DNA from: Hamiltosporidium tvaerminnensis FI-OER-3-3
Taxonomy: Eukaryota > Fungi > Microsporidia
Direction: 5' to 3'
Length of the DNA stretch: 64,000 nucleotides
Assembly: GCA_022605425.2 (NCBI GenBank)
Contig: CM061252.1
Coordinates: 868,001-932,000 of the forward strand
Below the pieces are notes generated by a model. That model worked only from the letters and a program-made list of their open reading frames with translations, made no database searches and was not told where the DNA came from. Within the stretch, counting starts at the first letter, position 1, and the number at the start of each line of letters is the position of its first letter. The position numbers and the translations under genes were made by a program. This document shows positions 43,100 to 56,430 of the stretch, one piece after another.

Positions 43100-44296
43100 A
43101 TGCGAGAGTTTAATTTAAACTTGAGCAGCGTAACTGATCTTTCTGAGGCTTTAGTTAAGAAGAATGAGTCTTTGAATGTTTACGAGAAAAAAATTACGAT
43201 GCATGAAAGTAGGAAGCAATTCCGAAAAGAGAATCGTATGTTTGAGCTTTTCCGAGGTCGATTTTATCGTGGGTTATCTGAGCGTGTGGAATCCGAGCAT
43301 GTGGTTAGCCGTGATGAAATTGTGAGTTTTTGGTCTACAATGTGGAACAAAAATGATGACACAGTCACGTACGATGATTATTTGATTCCATTTGTATCAG
43401 ATAATCATCCGACCACGTTTCCTTCACTTGATGAATTTGTGAATATCATTAATTGGCTTCCTAATTGGAAAGCTGCTGGAATTGATGGTATTTACAATTT
43501 TTTTATTAAGAAACTTACAACTCTTCACAAATATCTTTATGATATTGTGAAAGTTATATGTTTAGAAGGAACACCTCAAGCTGATTGGTTTTACTGCGGG
43601 CTTACGTATTTGATACCGAAAGGAAGTCCACGAAGAGGCTCTGACTACAGGCCAATCACTTGTATGTCCAACCTCTATAAGTTAACGACAAAGTGTGTAA
43701 CGAAAGTCGTTCAACTTGAAGTGGAAAGGCGAGGGTTGCTTGCAGAGAACCAATTAGGGGCGGTAAGAGGTGTGCAGGGAGCGAAAGAGCAGGCTCTACT
43801 GAATATTGCCTTAAATAAAGAGTATGGAAATAATCTTAAGGCAACATGGATTGATGTTAAAAAAGCTTATGATTCAATAGATCATGCTTATTTAACTCAA
43901 TGCATTGAAAACCTTAATTTACCTGATTGGATCCTGAAATTTATTAAGGTAATTATATCAAAATGGAAAATTGATATATCAGTAGGGCCTGAAAAAATCA
44001 TGAGCAAGAAGATTGATAGAGGGATTCTACAAGGAGATAGTCTGTCACCTTTGTTATTTGTGTTGTGTATGGATCCATTAAGCCGAAAGCTTAATGAAAA
44101 ATACACAAAAGTGACAGTACAAACAGATGCAGAATCCCATTCTACTAATCATCTCTTGTTTATTGATGATCTTAAGCTCCTTGCAAAAGACAGCTCCACA
44201 TTGAGTGCTATGACAGGCGAGGCAAAGGAATTTTTAGAGGTGATTGGCTTAGAGATTAACAAAGAGAAGTCAGCCACAAATGATACTGTGTTGTGA
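43100..44296 (+). CDS. Reverse transcriptase core fragment of the non-LTR element
   Basis: 398-aa ORF carrying the RT motifs, including QGDSLSP and the catalytic FIDD. Confidence 0.93.
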   Translation: MREFNLNLSSVTDLSEALVKKNESLNVYEKKITMHESRKQFRKENRMFELFRGRFYRGLSERVESEHVVSRDEIVSFWSTMWNKNDDTVTYDDYLIPFVSDNHPTTFPSLDEFVNIINWLPNWKAAGIDGIYNFFIKKLTTLHKYLYDIVKVICLEGTPQADWFYCGLTYLIPKGSPRRGSDYRPITCMSNLYKLTTKCVTKVVQLEVERRGLLAENQLGAVRGVQGAKEQALLNIALNKEYGNNLKATWIDVKKAYDSIDHAYLTQCIENLNLPDWILKFIKVIISKWKIDISVGPEKIMSKKIDRGILQGDSLSPLLFVLCMDPLSRKLNEKYTKVTVQTDAESHSTNHLLFIDDLKLLAKDSSTLSAMTGEAKEFLEVIGLEINKEKSATNDTVL

Positions 44297-45105
44297 AGAT
44301 ACTGCTACTCTTCTAGAAGGTGTTAGTGTTTACAAATATTTAGGAATAATAGAAGATAGCAGAGGAATCCCAACACGTAGCTCATTTGAAGAAGTACAGA
44401 GCAAACTTATATCAAGAGTTGAAAGACTTTGTCACACTAGATTAAATGCAAAAAATTTATTTTCTGCAATCAATCAACATGCGATATCGTTAATCAACTA
44501 CCACATAGGAGTACTTCGACTTGAACCGGCTGACTTCTCTAAGTTAGATGATGCAGTGCGTGCGGTGTTGGTTAAAAATAAGATACATCTCCGCCCAGGA
44601 TGTAAAGAGCGGTTGTATACCTTCCTAGAACAGAACTTGGAAGAGGCCTACATAGTGTTGAGTTGCGAAGCGAACATATGCTTCTGCAACTCTTGGATTG
44701 TCTGGAAAAAAGTAAAGAAATATCAACTAGACGAGCAGCAATCCTCAAGGTGGAGAATAATAATAAAACCCATCTTGCACTAATAAAAGGCTTCTTAAAA
44801 GTAAAGTACAGGTTGGTAGAAGAAGTCACTAAGAAAAGTTTAGAAGAAGCTCAACTTGCAAAACTATATAACGAAATAGAAAAACGAAAACTCCATTCAA
44901 AGTTATATAATGCAAGAAAAAATGAGCTTGTGAGTGTTAGTGACTCTTCAAGGTGGCTTAAAGAGAGGAAATATTAGGCCACGAAATGAAGCTGTGTTCT
45001 GCTATATCCAGGATAGAAATGTATTCTGGGGAGCAGATGGTGTGTGTCAACATTGCGGGAAGTCTGGTAAGACTGTGGATCATCTAGCTAACTAGATGCG
45101 AAAAA

Positions 45106-45543
45106 ATGCTAGGCCATGATTACACTAGACGGCATAATGAAGTGGTCAGATGCCTACACCTTCTTCTTCTAAATAGATATAAGTTTAAGTCTTCAAAACG
45201 AATAAGGAGCCACTCAGTTCAAGAAATTCTTGATAATGAGTATGCAGAGATAAGAGTGGACACCAGAATTAAAACTGATGTTAAAATTCGGAATAACAGA
45301 CCGGACATATTTATTTTAGATAAGAAGAAGAATAAGATAACACTCATTGAAGTAGGAATCACTTCCCAAGATTCACTTCAAATAGTTGAAACTGAAAAAC
45401 TTAGGAAGTATGACCTGCTAGCCAATGAGTTGGGTCTTATTTATAGGTGTAGTGTTGAGATAATCCCCTATGTGATGACCTGGGACGGTATTGTGACAAA
45501 ATACCATAAATCTCATCTTAAAAGACTAGAAATACCCATGTAA
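45106..45543 (+). CDS. Restriction-like endonuclease (PD-(D/E)xK) fragment of the non-LTR element
   Basis: YTRRHNEVVRCLH...NRPDIFILD...LIEVGIT...EKLRKYDLLANELG, directly after the CCHC finger. Confidence 0.9.
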   Translation: MLGHDYTRRHNEVVRCLHLLLLNRYKFKSSKRIRSHSVQEILDNEYAEIRVDTRIKTDVKIRNNRPDIFILDKKKNKITLIEVGITSQDSLQIVETEKLRKYDLLANELGLIYRCSVEIIPYVMTWDGIVTKYHKSHLKRLEIPM

Positions 45544-45924
45544 TGTAGAGGCATACATTCAGTCTATAGTACTTAAGAAGACAGTCGAAACTATTTCCTT
45601 TGATCGACGAAGAGGACTTGAGTCAGGACTAAATGCCGAAGAGAGCTGGGAGAGAGCGTCAATGGGTGTTATTATGAGATCAGAGATGCATGAGGAACCA
45701 ATACCCCCTTTAAAAGAAGCGAAAACGAGAGGAAGATGGTGTCAAAATTTTAAACCAAAAATAATACAGCCCCCTTATTTTACAAGGAGGAACCACTTTA
45801 GAGGAACCGACCAATAACATAAATGAAGAGTCGGATTTGGAAGAAGAGACAAAAGTGGTCAAAGAGGTAGAAGAAAACATGTAAAAATGGTAAAAAATAT
45901 TTTAACCCAGAATTTAATTAAATA

Positions 45925-45933
45925 AAGATGCAT
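45925..45933 (+). repeat. Right copy of putative target-site duplication AAGATGCAT
   Basis: Lies 40 bp after the polyprotein stop codon and matches 42107-42115. Confidence 0.75.
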
Positions 45934-48340
45934 ATCATTTAACTAAAGTTTTATTTTTATCAAAAGTACTAAAACCAGGAAAGCTTTGGATGAGCGAATA
46001 TACATTCACTAAAATTCTAATTTTTTATTCTTTATTGTAATATTGTCAGTATGAGAAAAGGCACATTATTTATTCTCTGTTTTCTTTAAAATCAATATAA
46101 ATAAAATAGTATTCAAACAAAAAGAAGCATTTAGACCTATGAGTTTGGAATTTTTTTAACGCAAAAAGTACTAAAAAAATATACATTTAAAAATATTTCT
46201 TCAAAACAGCATTACCTTTAAATTTTTAGAAAATATAAAATATGTTTAATCTTCTAACACAAACCAAAAAATAATATATTATCTTTTTCTTTATAATATA
46301 CAACTTTACCTCGAATTTTTTGAAATAGGCAAATGCGCCTCATAATTGCGTTATTTGCCTTCGCGTTATGAAAATTCCAGTTAATGCTATTGGGAATTTA
46401 TCTACCAATATATTATGAGTGAATTCATTAAATTATTTAGTTAATTTTGACTTCAAACAAGATCAGATGAGTTCTTTGAGAATACCCTTTAAACAATGGT
46501 AAAATGTGTAAATAACCTTAGATATGCCATTCCATAATTCGAATCAGCTTGGATAGTTTGAGATAATATATTACAGATGCAAATATTCTAGTAAAAATAT
46601 ATCAGCTGGTTGTGGCATAAGTTCTATTCCTCTAAATTGGTTTAATCTTTATTCATATAAGGAAGAATCAGAAGTTTCAAAATGAAAAAGTACTAATTTA
46701 CTTGTAAAAGATGCCACAACATTTAGAACTGAAGCTCATTTATAGTTTTAGTGATTATGTATACCTAATTGTCTCTATTATTACATTTTAAGCAGACAAA
46801 CCGTAATTCGAAATAATTAGCTATAAATCGACAAACAAGATCATCGAAATTTTATTTGTAGTATTATAAATATTTCCTTCTTTAAATTATAAGACCATTT
46901 ATTCCTATCTTTCAAATCAATATCTATTATTTATACTTATCTTTCTAAATTTATATTCACTTATAAATATATTTAGATATTAAAATGATATAATCCTCGC
47001 TTATTTCGGACTAGTATAGATAGCTCATTAATTTTTGAAAATTTAATTGTGGATTATATAGAATTACGAGAAAGTATACTAAAAATTAGTTATATTAATT
47101 AGGTTTGAGCCGAACTAAATTTAATTAAAGTTTAACTTTCTTATAATCATATCAAAATATTATTTACATTATTATATTTTGGCTTTATTTCTTGTTTTAA
47201 TACGTATACTTAATAAAAATAGTTACAATCTAAAAACTAAAGAAAATATATCAAACGAACTATTTTAATAATTATTGTAACAATTGTCTTTCAATTAGGC
47301 AAATAACTTAAGAGTACTTAATTTTACATAAATTGGATGCAAAGATTTATTAGAATTTGGTTTTAATATAGAAGTAGCATGATAAGAAGTTTTTTGATCC
47401 CTCCATGACAGTTTACTGTACTATATATATTATTTAAAAGTCTAATTTAATTTAAAATAATATATAATTCAAAAATATACTTAACATATTTAAATCGAAT
47501 TAATATATGTATAATTATAATGATTTAAGTTATGTAAATCTCACTACATATTTTAAAATGAAATATTTATTTATATAGATATATTTAAAGGAATCAAATA
47601 TCAGAGTTCATTATACTATAAATTGTATTATATATTAGTAAATCAAAGCCATTAAAAATCCAAAGAATAACATATATATTCCAAAAATAGCAATAGTATT
47701 ACATTTCTCATTAATTACTCGAAAGTATTATACATGATATTTGAATACTTTTCGTATTTATATCTTTTTTTTTTTAATTAGCTTTATATTCTGTTTAAGA
47801 AATTGTAAAAAGGCATATATAATATGCGCTATAACTGTTTGATTAATTTAAGGAAAGGTAAATAGTAAAGGTTATTTTGAAATCTATAGTTACGTATGAA
47901 TCTCTTATATGATTAATGTTTCCAACAATATACTGCGGGCTTTTCGAAACGAGTTAACCAAATTTAATCCAGCCATATTTAGGCTGAACACAACTTACTA
48001 TGAGCAAGATTATAAAACCTTGTTTTTAAATAGTATGTGAGCGTTTTAATAGTACGAATGTTCCAAACAACCATAAAAAACCAACCAATACCTTACACAC
48101 AAAAACTTCCAATTATGGTAAATTTTATAAGTTTATTAGGGTTAACAACTTAATATAATATCAGAAGAGAAAATACTTACTTATATTTACGAATATAATA
48201 TATTGATATGAAATAATGAATTTGAAGTTAAATGAATATAAAATGAACAAATAACAGAAATTTTATACATTATTTAGCCATAAATATTACTTTGAAACAT
48301 AAATTAATCATTGAAATGACCTGAATTATTTTACATGACC
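45934..48340 (-). pseudogene. Family B copy 3, abutting the 3' end of the young retrotransposon
   Basis: Shared block at 48101. AGATGAGTTCTT (~46465) and AGACAAACCGTAATT (~46795) match copy 1. Confidence 0.6.
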
Positions 48341-49649
48341 CAAACAAGTGATTGATTAAGTAACGACTTGAATTTGTAAATGAATAAGAAAAGAATGAAG
48401 TAAAATAAATGTAACAGAATTAAAAAAATTCATTACGAAAAAAAAACAACCAAAAAACTAAAAAATGTATATACAGCTATAACTAAAATGAGTTTTAGCA
48501 AAAAAAATTTGATATAAGTAAATTTTTAAATTAAGAAAACACAGCCAAAATGAATAATAAACTAAAAAAATGTACGAAAGAAATATCGGTAACTGTAATC
48601 TAACATATAATCTCTTTTTATGCAAGAAAAATATTATATTTTAACATCTATAAACAAAAGTATTTATTTAAACATAAATAACGAACTATATACCAATTTA
48701 CATTAAAGTAACGACTTTATAAATTTTATATAACATAAATTTACTCAAAACAAGTAAAGGATAAACTAGGACTAGAATTTCAATAGAACGATTGTCGAAA
48801 ATATTTGAATTTAATTAAAAGCACATGAAAATAGTTAGAAACAAATATATAATAAAAACAAGTACATTTTTTAACTATGTAAGACACATTACAATTCAAA
48901 GACTAATATACAATAAAATTATATTTACAAAAATATACATGACTTAATACAAATTATAGAAAAGGTAATTAAATAAGGAGTAAAAAACCCTACTAAAGTA
49001 TTCTACCCAAAAAATATGCATTTAGCAAATCTCCATAGTATTCTACAGAATATTAAAGAATTTAAAATCAAAATTTTAACGTTCAAAAAAATTATTGTGA
49101 ATTAATCAAAGCAAACACATAAGCAATATTTAGCTTAAAGATTTATATCACATTTTACACGCCTTTAAAATTGGGTTATAAAAAAATAGTATAAAAACAA
49201 AATTAATACAAATAATATGTAAGAAAAGTATATATTTTAAACATAAAAAGTTAGATTAGATAAAAAAATAGAATGCTAATAGACATAAAATTAGATCTAT
49301 AAGCTAAAAGAATCTATGAGATATTCAAATTAAGAACGACAGTGTAGTTCGATAGGATTTATTTTATTTGCGAAATAATGCTCGATAAATAAATAGTACA
49401 ATTAGAACTTTCTTTATTAGAATACATATTTTTTAGTGAAATAACTTAAATTTTGAAAATAAATAGAATAATAATTTAAATGATATAAACCGTAAAATGA
49501 AAAATAATATTACATAAGTTTAAAGTAACTGAATATCAGCGTTAATGAAAAATATATAATAATTACATAAACCAAAACACATTAAATGAATTAAAACTAT
49601 ACAATATTTTTAATAAAGGAGTAAGTGTTGTACTCTTTTCATAAAATTG

Positions 49650-52600
49650 CTTAGTTCTATGTTTGACATCAGTGACTGGACCTAACACTCCATCGTTACC
49701 TTTAGAATATCTAAATCCCAAAGCATTTCATATATAATAGCTTAAGAACCCATTTAATAAGCAATTTAGTTGCTTCGAGTTTGTTAATATCTGTTGCGGA
49801 GGTGTGATTGTATATAGAACCCGACTCGAATTGTACCTTTGCATACCCTGTAGCATTTTAACTTAATCTACACATGCCGAATAAATTAACTGCTAGCTAA
49901 GATATATTTCGGCGAATTACACGAAAAAACCATAGCGAAGATGCAATGCCATACCAACATAAATAACCCACGCAATCCCTTTTCAGTTTTAGAAAGGTTT
50001 ATCATTCTATCTCCAATTCGCAGAGTCTTCTAAAGTAGTGTTTAAGACTAGATTTTTAAATTTACATGGGTATTATCTAAAAGTTCAAGTGCAGTCTACA
50101 ATTGAGCACAAGAAAAAAGCAAAAATATATTAATATAAAATTTTCGTGATTTTATGAACTTCTCCTCTTCATACAAACACCCATGTAACAAACGTAGACG
50201 TAGTGTGGTTTTAATCACACCAAAAATCCAAAATATTGTCTTCACACCAGTTTAACCTACTCATTGCTAAGAAGAATGTTTTTTTTGTGACTATCCTCAC
50301 ACGCTACTAAAAATACAATTTAAATTCATTATTTACGCTACAAATAAAAACATTTGAATATTTATGATTTCAGCATAGTAAAAGTACATATAAAAGTTTA
50401 TATAAATTTAGCTACTGGTTTTTCGATGAATTAGAAATAAATCGAAGTATTAGAATAATGTAACCATATAATATTGACGAATAAAACGTTTTAACAGAAA
50501 AATCATTGAGGAAAAATATATGTATAAAATTTAGAATAAAAATTTTTTAAAATGTTTTAATAATCATATATTTGAAACTAAATCTACTAAAATGAAATTT
50601 ATAAAAGGTACGCTTTTCAATTTTAGAAACAGGGAAACAAAAATTAGAGATATTCACATGCCCCTAAATATGTTTTAATTCTTTATGTTTTTCCTTTAGG
50701 TTTAAAGCAAATAAAAGAATGATTTCGAAAACAATTAACTTCTAGTATATATTTTAAAAATTTCTATCCTTATATTTCTAATATCAAAATATTTTTTTAT
50801 TGAAAAAATTGGAATGAAGAGGTAACTCAAGAAATACGAACAAAAAGGAGGAAAACGGGTTAATGGCTATATCAGTGAGTATGCAAGGTGTTTATTATGT
50901 TCTCTGCTTCTTAATGGATTGTCCATCAAAATGAAGTTGTTTTTACGAATTATTCGTAGTTATAGTCAAGATATAAAATAATTAGATTATATTGTGATGT
51001 TACTGGATATCTAGTAAAACATCGTAAAGTTGTATGTAACAAATGATTGGAACATTTACTTTGATCTTTGATTATATTACACCTCAAAGCAGTTTTATAT
51101 AATATTGAATTTAATCAAAAGAGTTCTTTTTTTGATTTGGACAAAATTTCTCGTACCACTTACTCGGAGAAGACGAAAAATGCATGGCTAGGGGCGAGTA
51201 AGTAGTTAAATACACATAGCTGTGTTTATTGGCTTATAATCAAAGCTAGGGTTTTATGAAAAGTATTCGGAAATTTTGAAGAATTTTGACATGTTATAAA
51301 CAGTTAGCAAGATCACATTTGCAATCTCGGCTAAAACCGAACCAATTTGGAATTTTTTGGGGGTGGTAGAACCAAAGCATGTGTCGTTGTTGAGATGTAA
51401 AACAAGGAAGTTTTGTGTGTCAAGTAATCGCATTCCGATGAAATATTTATTTTGAAGGTAAAATCGAAATACGTAATTCGAATATTTTTAACGAATTGAA
51501 ATTAAAAATGACAATCGAATATATTTTGAAGGCTAGAAGATTTTAATTGAAGAAAATTTCTTTGGAACCCCTTGGAATTGATTTCAGAAAAGGCTGAAAT
51601 ACTGGCTGGGTTTGTAATGAAGATGAATTAAAAGAATCTTTATGTTTTAAGAAAGTTAATAAAATATTTTAAAATTTGGCTTATATTATCTTTGAAATAT
51701 CTGGATTCATATAAAAAAAAATTGATTTCTAAATTAATCTTTACACTCCCTGGTTTATTTAATTATTATCTTTGTTATTCGTTCGTATCTAATTAAATAT
51801 TTCCATCCGTTGCAATTGGTTAATTTATATTTCTTGGTTTAATATCCGAAGATTTCTTTTATTATATTTAACATTCTTAATTCCTTGGATTAAGCGCCTT
51901 AATATATCTCTTGATTCTTGAATTATTTTTGAAATTTTCTCACGAAAAATATTTTGTTTAGCAAAACAAAAGTCTTCCATTTCAACCAAAGAAATTCAAT
52001 CGATCTTTATAATACATGTTAGTATAGTTTTAATTCATTAATATATTCAATAAGGTTTGCTATATCTTAAAATAGATAATTCAAATTTCACTGCGGAATA
52101 AATAAATCGTAGAAATTACCCATTTATTCAAAAGACCGGAATTTTTCATAAGATCAGAGTCATTTATATATCATAACTATTGGTGTGCAGTTATAGAAAA
52201 AAAAATGAAAGCGATAGTTTAACTAAAAAAGTATTATGATTAATGCTAAACTATAATTATTGGTTTTTTATTGGGTATAAGTTTAAACAAAACAAAATTG
52301 TCTATGGATATAATTTTCATATCGTAATTTACTCGAAGATTTGCGAATAGCTAAATCTGTATTTGAAGATAACTTTTGGTCTCGGAGTTTATGAAACAGG
52401 TGTGTCTGTTATTTGTAAAATTATTTATAAATTCAACTAAGTGCTCGAATTTAATTTTTCCGTTAAATCCGATCGCATAAAATCTCATGAGTTTTTATAC
52501 ATTTCTCTTGAATCCCATAGGAGCTAAAGATTAAATAATCTTATATACTCTTTTCATAATACTAATCAGCTTAGGTAGTGTAAAATGTATAAATTTGCTG

Positions 52601-54200
52601 CTATTTTTTTAAAAAATATATTTAGTATTGTGGAAAAGTTATTTTGCTCTGATTTAGGTTAAATCTCTATATAGTTCATTAGGTAATGGAAGTTCAATAA
52701 TAAGATAGTGCTAAGTCACACTTAGAGGATACCAAAACTTAAAAAATCCAAGATTAATCATACCTATTAAAGTTTTGAATGTCTAATTGTGTTCTTTTTA
52801 CATTTTAAGTGTACAAATCATAATTTGATAATATTATATTGGAACCAACAAACTCAATCAAAAATTTTATTTAGTGAATTAGAATAGACGTCTACTTTCA
52901 CAAAAATACTTTATTTTTTAATTATTATAATATAATATTCGTTTATAAATACATTTTGAAATCAATGTATCATTGATTCTAGTATATTACTTTATTCAAA
53001 TGAATTTCTGAAAAGTTTGAAAATTAATTCGTAGCTTTACATAGAAAAAATAAAAATATAAATTAAGCATATGTAAAAAACGAGTATTTAATTTAGTTTG
53101 AAATAAACAAATTTATTTAAGATTTACCTATTTTTAAAATAAAATTAAAATATCAGGTAAAATATTAATAATTCAAATATTTTTTGTATTGTATGTACGA
53201 CTTCATAAACAAGTTTAACACCGAAACTAAACAAAATTAAACTATTTTAAGAATTATTTGTAGAATTTTGTTTGAACAAAAGAATATGTTAAGAAAATTA
53301 AAATTTGCAGATATTTATGTAAAAACTTTTATTTGAATTTGGTTTTAATATATAAGTAGTATAATAGAAATCAAGTTTTCATTCAAGAGATTTTATGGTA
53401 TTATGATCTTATTTTAATCTAATTTTGTATATCTTTACTGTAGAATATATATTTCTAAAAAAAAGACTTAACATAATTAAAAACAATCAATATACTTATA
53501 ATAAAAATAATTTATGTCAGTACAATAGGACTCATAGTAAAAAAACAAATAATTTCTTTGTACAGATATATTAAGGCGAACTAAATATTGAATCAATTTA
53601 TATGGATTATAGTTATATGAATAAAAAATCAATGTCTGTATAGATCGGGAGAATATCACATCAATATTGACAATAGCAATAATATTACACAACTCCTAAA
53701 TTTTCGTAAAAGTAGTATAAATGAAATTCAAATATCCTTTTCACTTGTATATCTTTCTTTCATATTATATTTGTATTTTTTTTGTGCTAAAGCAGCAATG
53801 CATACATAATACCTGGCAGTTCGCTCAATTTTCGAGAAAGTATCCAATATGAGGTTATAGAGAAATCCAGAGTTACGCATAAATCCCGTATATGATTAAT
53901 GTTTCACACAATATATTAAAGACTTTTAAAAACAATTTCACGAAATTTAATACAGTCATATTTAGATCGAACACAACGTATTATGACCAAGATAAAAAAA
54001 TCTTATTTTTAGATACCGAGTTAAGTTTTTAATTGTCCGGATGTTCGTAATAAGCATAAAAAAACAACCAATACCTTACACACAAAAACTTCCAATTATA
54101 GTTAATTTTATAAGTTTATTAAGCTTAACTCCTTAAAATCATACAAGAAGAGATAAAACTTTGTCATATACTTAAATATAACATAATGATTTTAAATAAG
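49650..54200. repeat. Segmental duplication, copy 2
   Basis: Shared strings such as GAATTAGAAATAAATCGA...AATAATGTAACCATAT...ATATTGACGAATAAA (33677/50428) and CATACCAACA (33197/49950). Confidence 0.85.
50772..51670 (+). pseudogene. Family A copy 3 (ATG position reads ATA)
   Basis: TTTCTATCCTTATATTTCTAATATCAAAA and AAATTGGAATGAAGAGGTAACTCAAGAAAT shared with copy 2. Confidence 0.5.
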
Positions 54201-54350
54201 AAATTTGAAGAACAATGAATTAAAAAAAATATAAATCTATCAAAACAAGATCAAATTAGACATTTTTTGAAAATATATTCTTAAATATATTCTACTTTCA
54301 AAGGTTGGAATAAATATACTTGTTTTATAAATAGAAAAACTGCTTGTGCA
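51720..54350 (-). pseudogene. Family B copy 4
   Basis: Shared block at 54084. Contains short ORF 53477-53692 as a residual open stretch. Confidence 0.6.
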
Positions 54351-55049
54351 GGTATCAAAGTAGAACGACAAATAAAAAACAGACGAATGCTCTAAAAAAA
54401 TTAAAAAAAAGTAGATATGAATAAAATGAACAAGAAATGTGAAAATGTGTAGATAAAGATTTATCTAATTAAATAAATTCAAATGAACTAGTTATAACTA
54501 AAAATGCTAAACTAGAAAAAAATTAATCTAAACAATTAAAAAACTACAATATTAAACGTAAAAAAGGAATGGAAGGTAAACTAAATTAAAATGTAATAAA
54601 TTTTATCTTCAAAAGACGAATTTAATATTTATACAACTATAAATAACCTTAATTTAATACTATAACTAAATAATGGATAAATAGTAGTTTAGATCACAAT
54701 AATAATCAAATATATTATAAATTACTCGAATTATCGCTTGTTTATATAGAAATATTATTTTAAAACCTTTCACGTAAATTTAGAAAAATATAAGTGAACT
54801 AAATATTACAAGACTACCCTGCATGTGATTATACTTAAAAATAGTATTTCGTATAAATACATTTGCTTTATTTAAATGTTATATTATTTGTTATCTAAAG
54901 AAAGGATTAGCTTTAATTACTATTTTTTCTTGTACATATTTTTAACAATGTCCTATGAGACGTATTTTTAAATACTTAGAGAAGAAAAAATTATTTAAAT
55001 TTATCTTATACCAAATATTATGTTAAATTAACCTAGTTCAATTTTATTA

Positions 55050-56430
55050 AAATTTCTTTTATTTTTTTTCAACAACTATATTTATATTTTTCTATATAAA
55101 TTAGAATATTTTAGACATTATATCAATTTCTTACAATGAAAATTCATTTCGAATCGAAAAATATAAATTTGATACGGATGCACAAACTGAAATACTACTA
55201 ATTCAAAACTTTTATTTGAAACAAACTAAAATATTTTCACACATTTACTTTACCTTATAATATCGAATGATATCCGTACCCGTAGAAATTTGAATAAAAA
55301 GATTCACCTTCCAATTTCTTTAAAAAACTTATATTTAGATGTTTACAATACAGTATCCATAGATTTATAAGTAACTGAACATTCTTAGTTTTTTTTTGTG
55401 CTATAATTATTAGTAAAATCTTACATATGTCTCATTTTATCAACAAATTAAATCCGAAAAAAAATCCATTTCGATATGAATCTTTAAAATATAAACACTG
55501 TTCTAAATATAGACATTCTATATATTCATGTATGATATATTTTTAATAAAGTTTAATTTTTTTTTTATTACATTTTTTAATTTCTACTATTTTGTATTAT
55601 TTTAACAAATTTTGAAATTAAAAAGAAAACTTAATATATTTTGAACTTAAAAAATATGTATAACACATTTAAAATGATACATCAATTAATTTTATAGAAT
55701 TAAATAAAATTGAGGGTCATTATAACGATTAAATGTATAATATATTTAAATTTATTGGATTTTGCTATACTTAGAATGAAAAATTATTAAAATAACTTAA
55801 TCACAAATTAAAATTAAATAAAATAAGAATATACCATACGAAAGTACCAATAGAAATCAAACATTGGATATATCAGCCTTCTTCATATCTTAAGATACGA
55901 AGAATAATTATACCACTCGATTTTTGTAGTTTTATAAAATAAAAATTTAACCAAATTTGTAATTTTTAATTAAATATATAAGTATTCTGTTCTTTCAACA
56001 CTTAAGATATAATAAAGATTTTGAAATTATTTTTTTGAATAATATGATTAATTCCCTTTATTCTTTTTCATAAATTTTATCACTTAACAAATACTTATTT
56101 TACTAAAATATACAAAAATGATAAATAAATATATTTAATTTTCAGTTTTCTTAACATAAAATTCAACTAAAAACAATAAAAAAATTAATAAGGGTTTGAA
56201 ATATAAAATTTAATTCATTATTTTATTTGAACATCATAATTGATAACTTATTTTATGAAAATCAGAAAAAATTCAACAAATTTAAATCAAAATACAAAAA
56301 TAAATTATAAAACAAAAAAAGCATTTAATAAATTGATAAATAAATCATTTTCTTTCCAGTATTTAATTTCAAATCTTAAATTGAATTATCACATTATGCT
56401 ATCCAAATTTAAATATTTCAAGAGAATATA
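55050..56430 (+). pseudogene. Decayed hypothetical gene
   Basis: Hydrophobic start then MKIHFESKNINL (~55136). Residual ORF 56240-56431. Many stops. Confidence 0.25.

Larger units (their letters stand above)
42114..45884 (+). pseudogene. Retrotransposon polyprotein (~1250 aa if repaired), split by at least 8 small indels
   Basis: ORF pieces 42102-42776, 42793-43053, 43100-44296, 44280-44783, 44663-44977 and 45106-45543 join into one frame when 1-2 extra bases are removed at each junction. Starts MGRKKN at ATG 42114 and ends ...EVEENM-TAA at 45884. Confidence 0.85.
42116..45924 (+). mobile_element. Near full-length single-ORF non-LTR retrotransposon with C-terminal restriction-like endonuclease (R2/R4/NeSL-type architecture)
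   Basis: Higher-GC island. RT motifs WKAAGIDG, YRPITC, WIDVKKAYDSI, GILQGDSLSP, LFIDD, YKYLG. CCHC finger CQHCGKSGKTVDHLA(T)RC at ~45045-45099. RHNE, NRPDI...IEVGIT...EKLRKY nuclease motifs. AAGATGCAT direct repeats at 42107-42115 and 45925-45933. Confidence 0.95.

Noticed and set aside
42418-44829. Minus-strand ORFs 42418-42702, 42569-42763, 43897-44106 and 44572-44829
   Set aside because: Antisense shadows of the retrotransposon ORF with no recognisable motifs.
47983-47998. Tiny GTAAGT...CAG intron on the minus strand of family B copy 3
   Set aside because: Only 15 nt long, and the GT/AG ends are absent from the other four copies.
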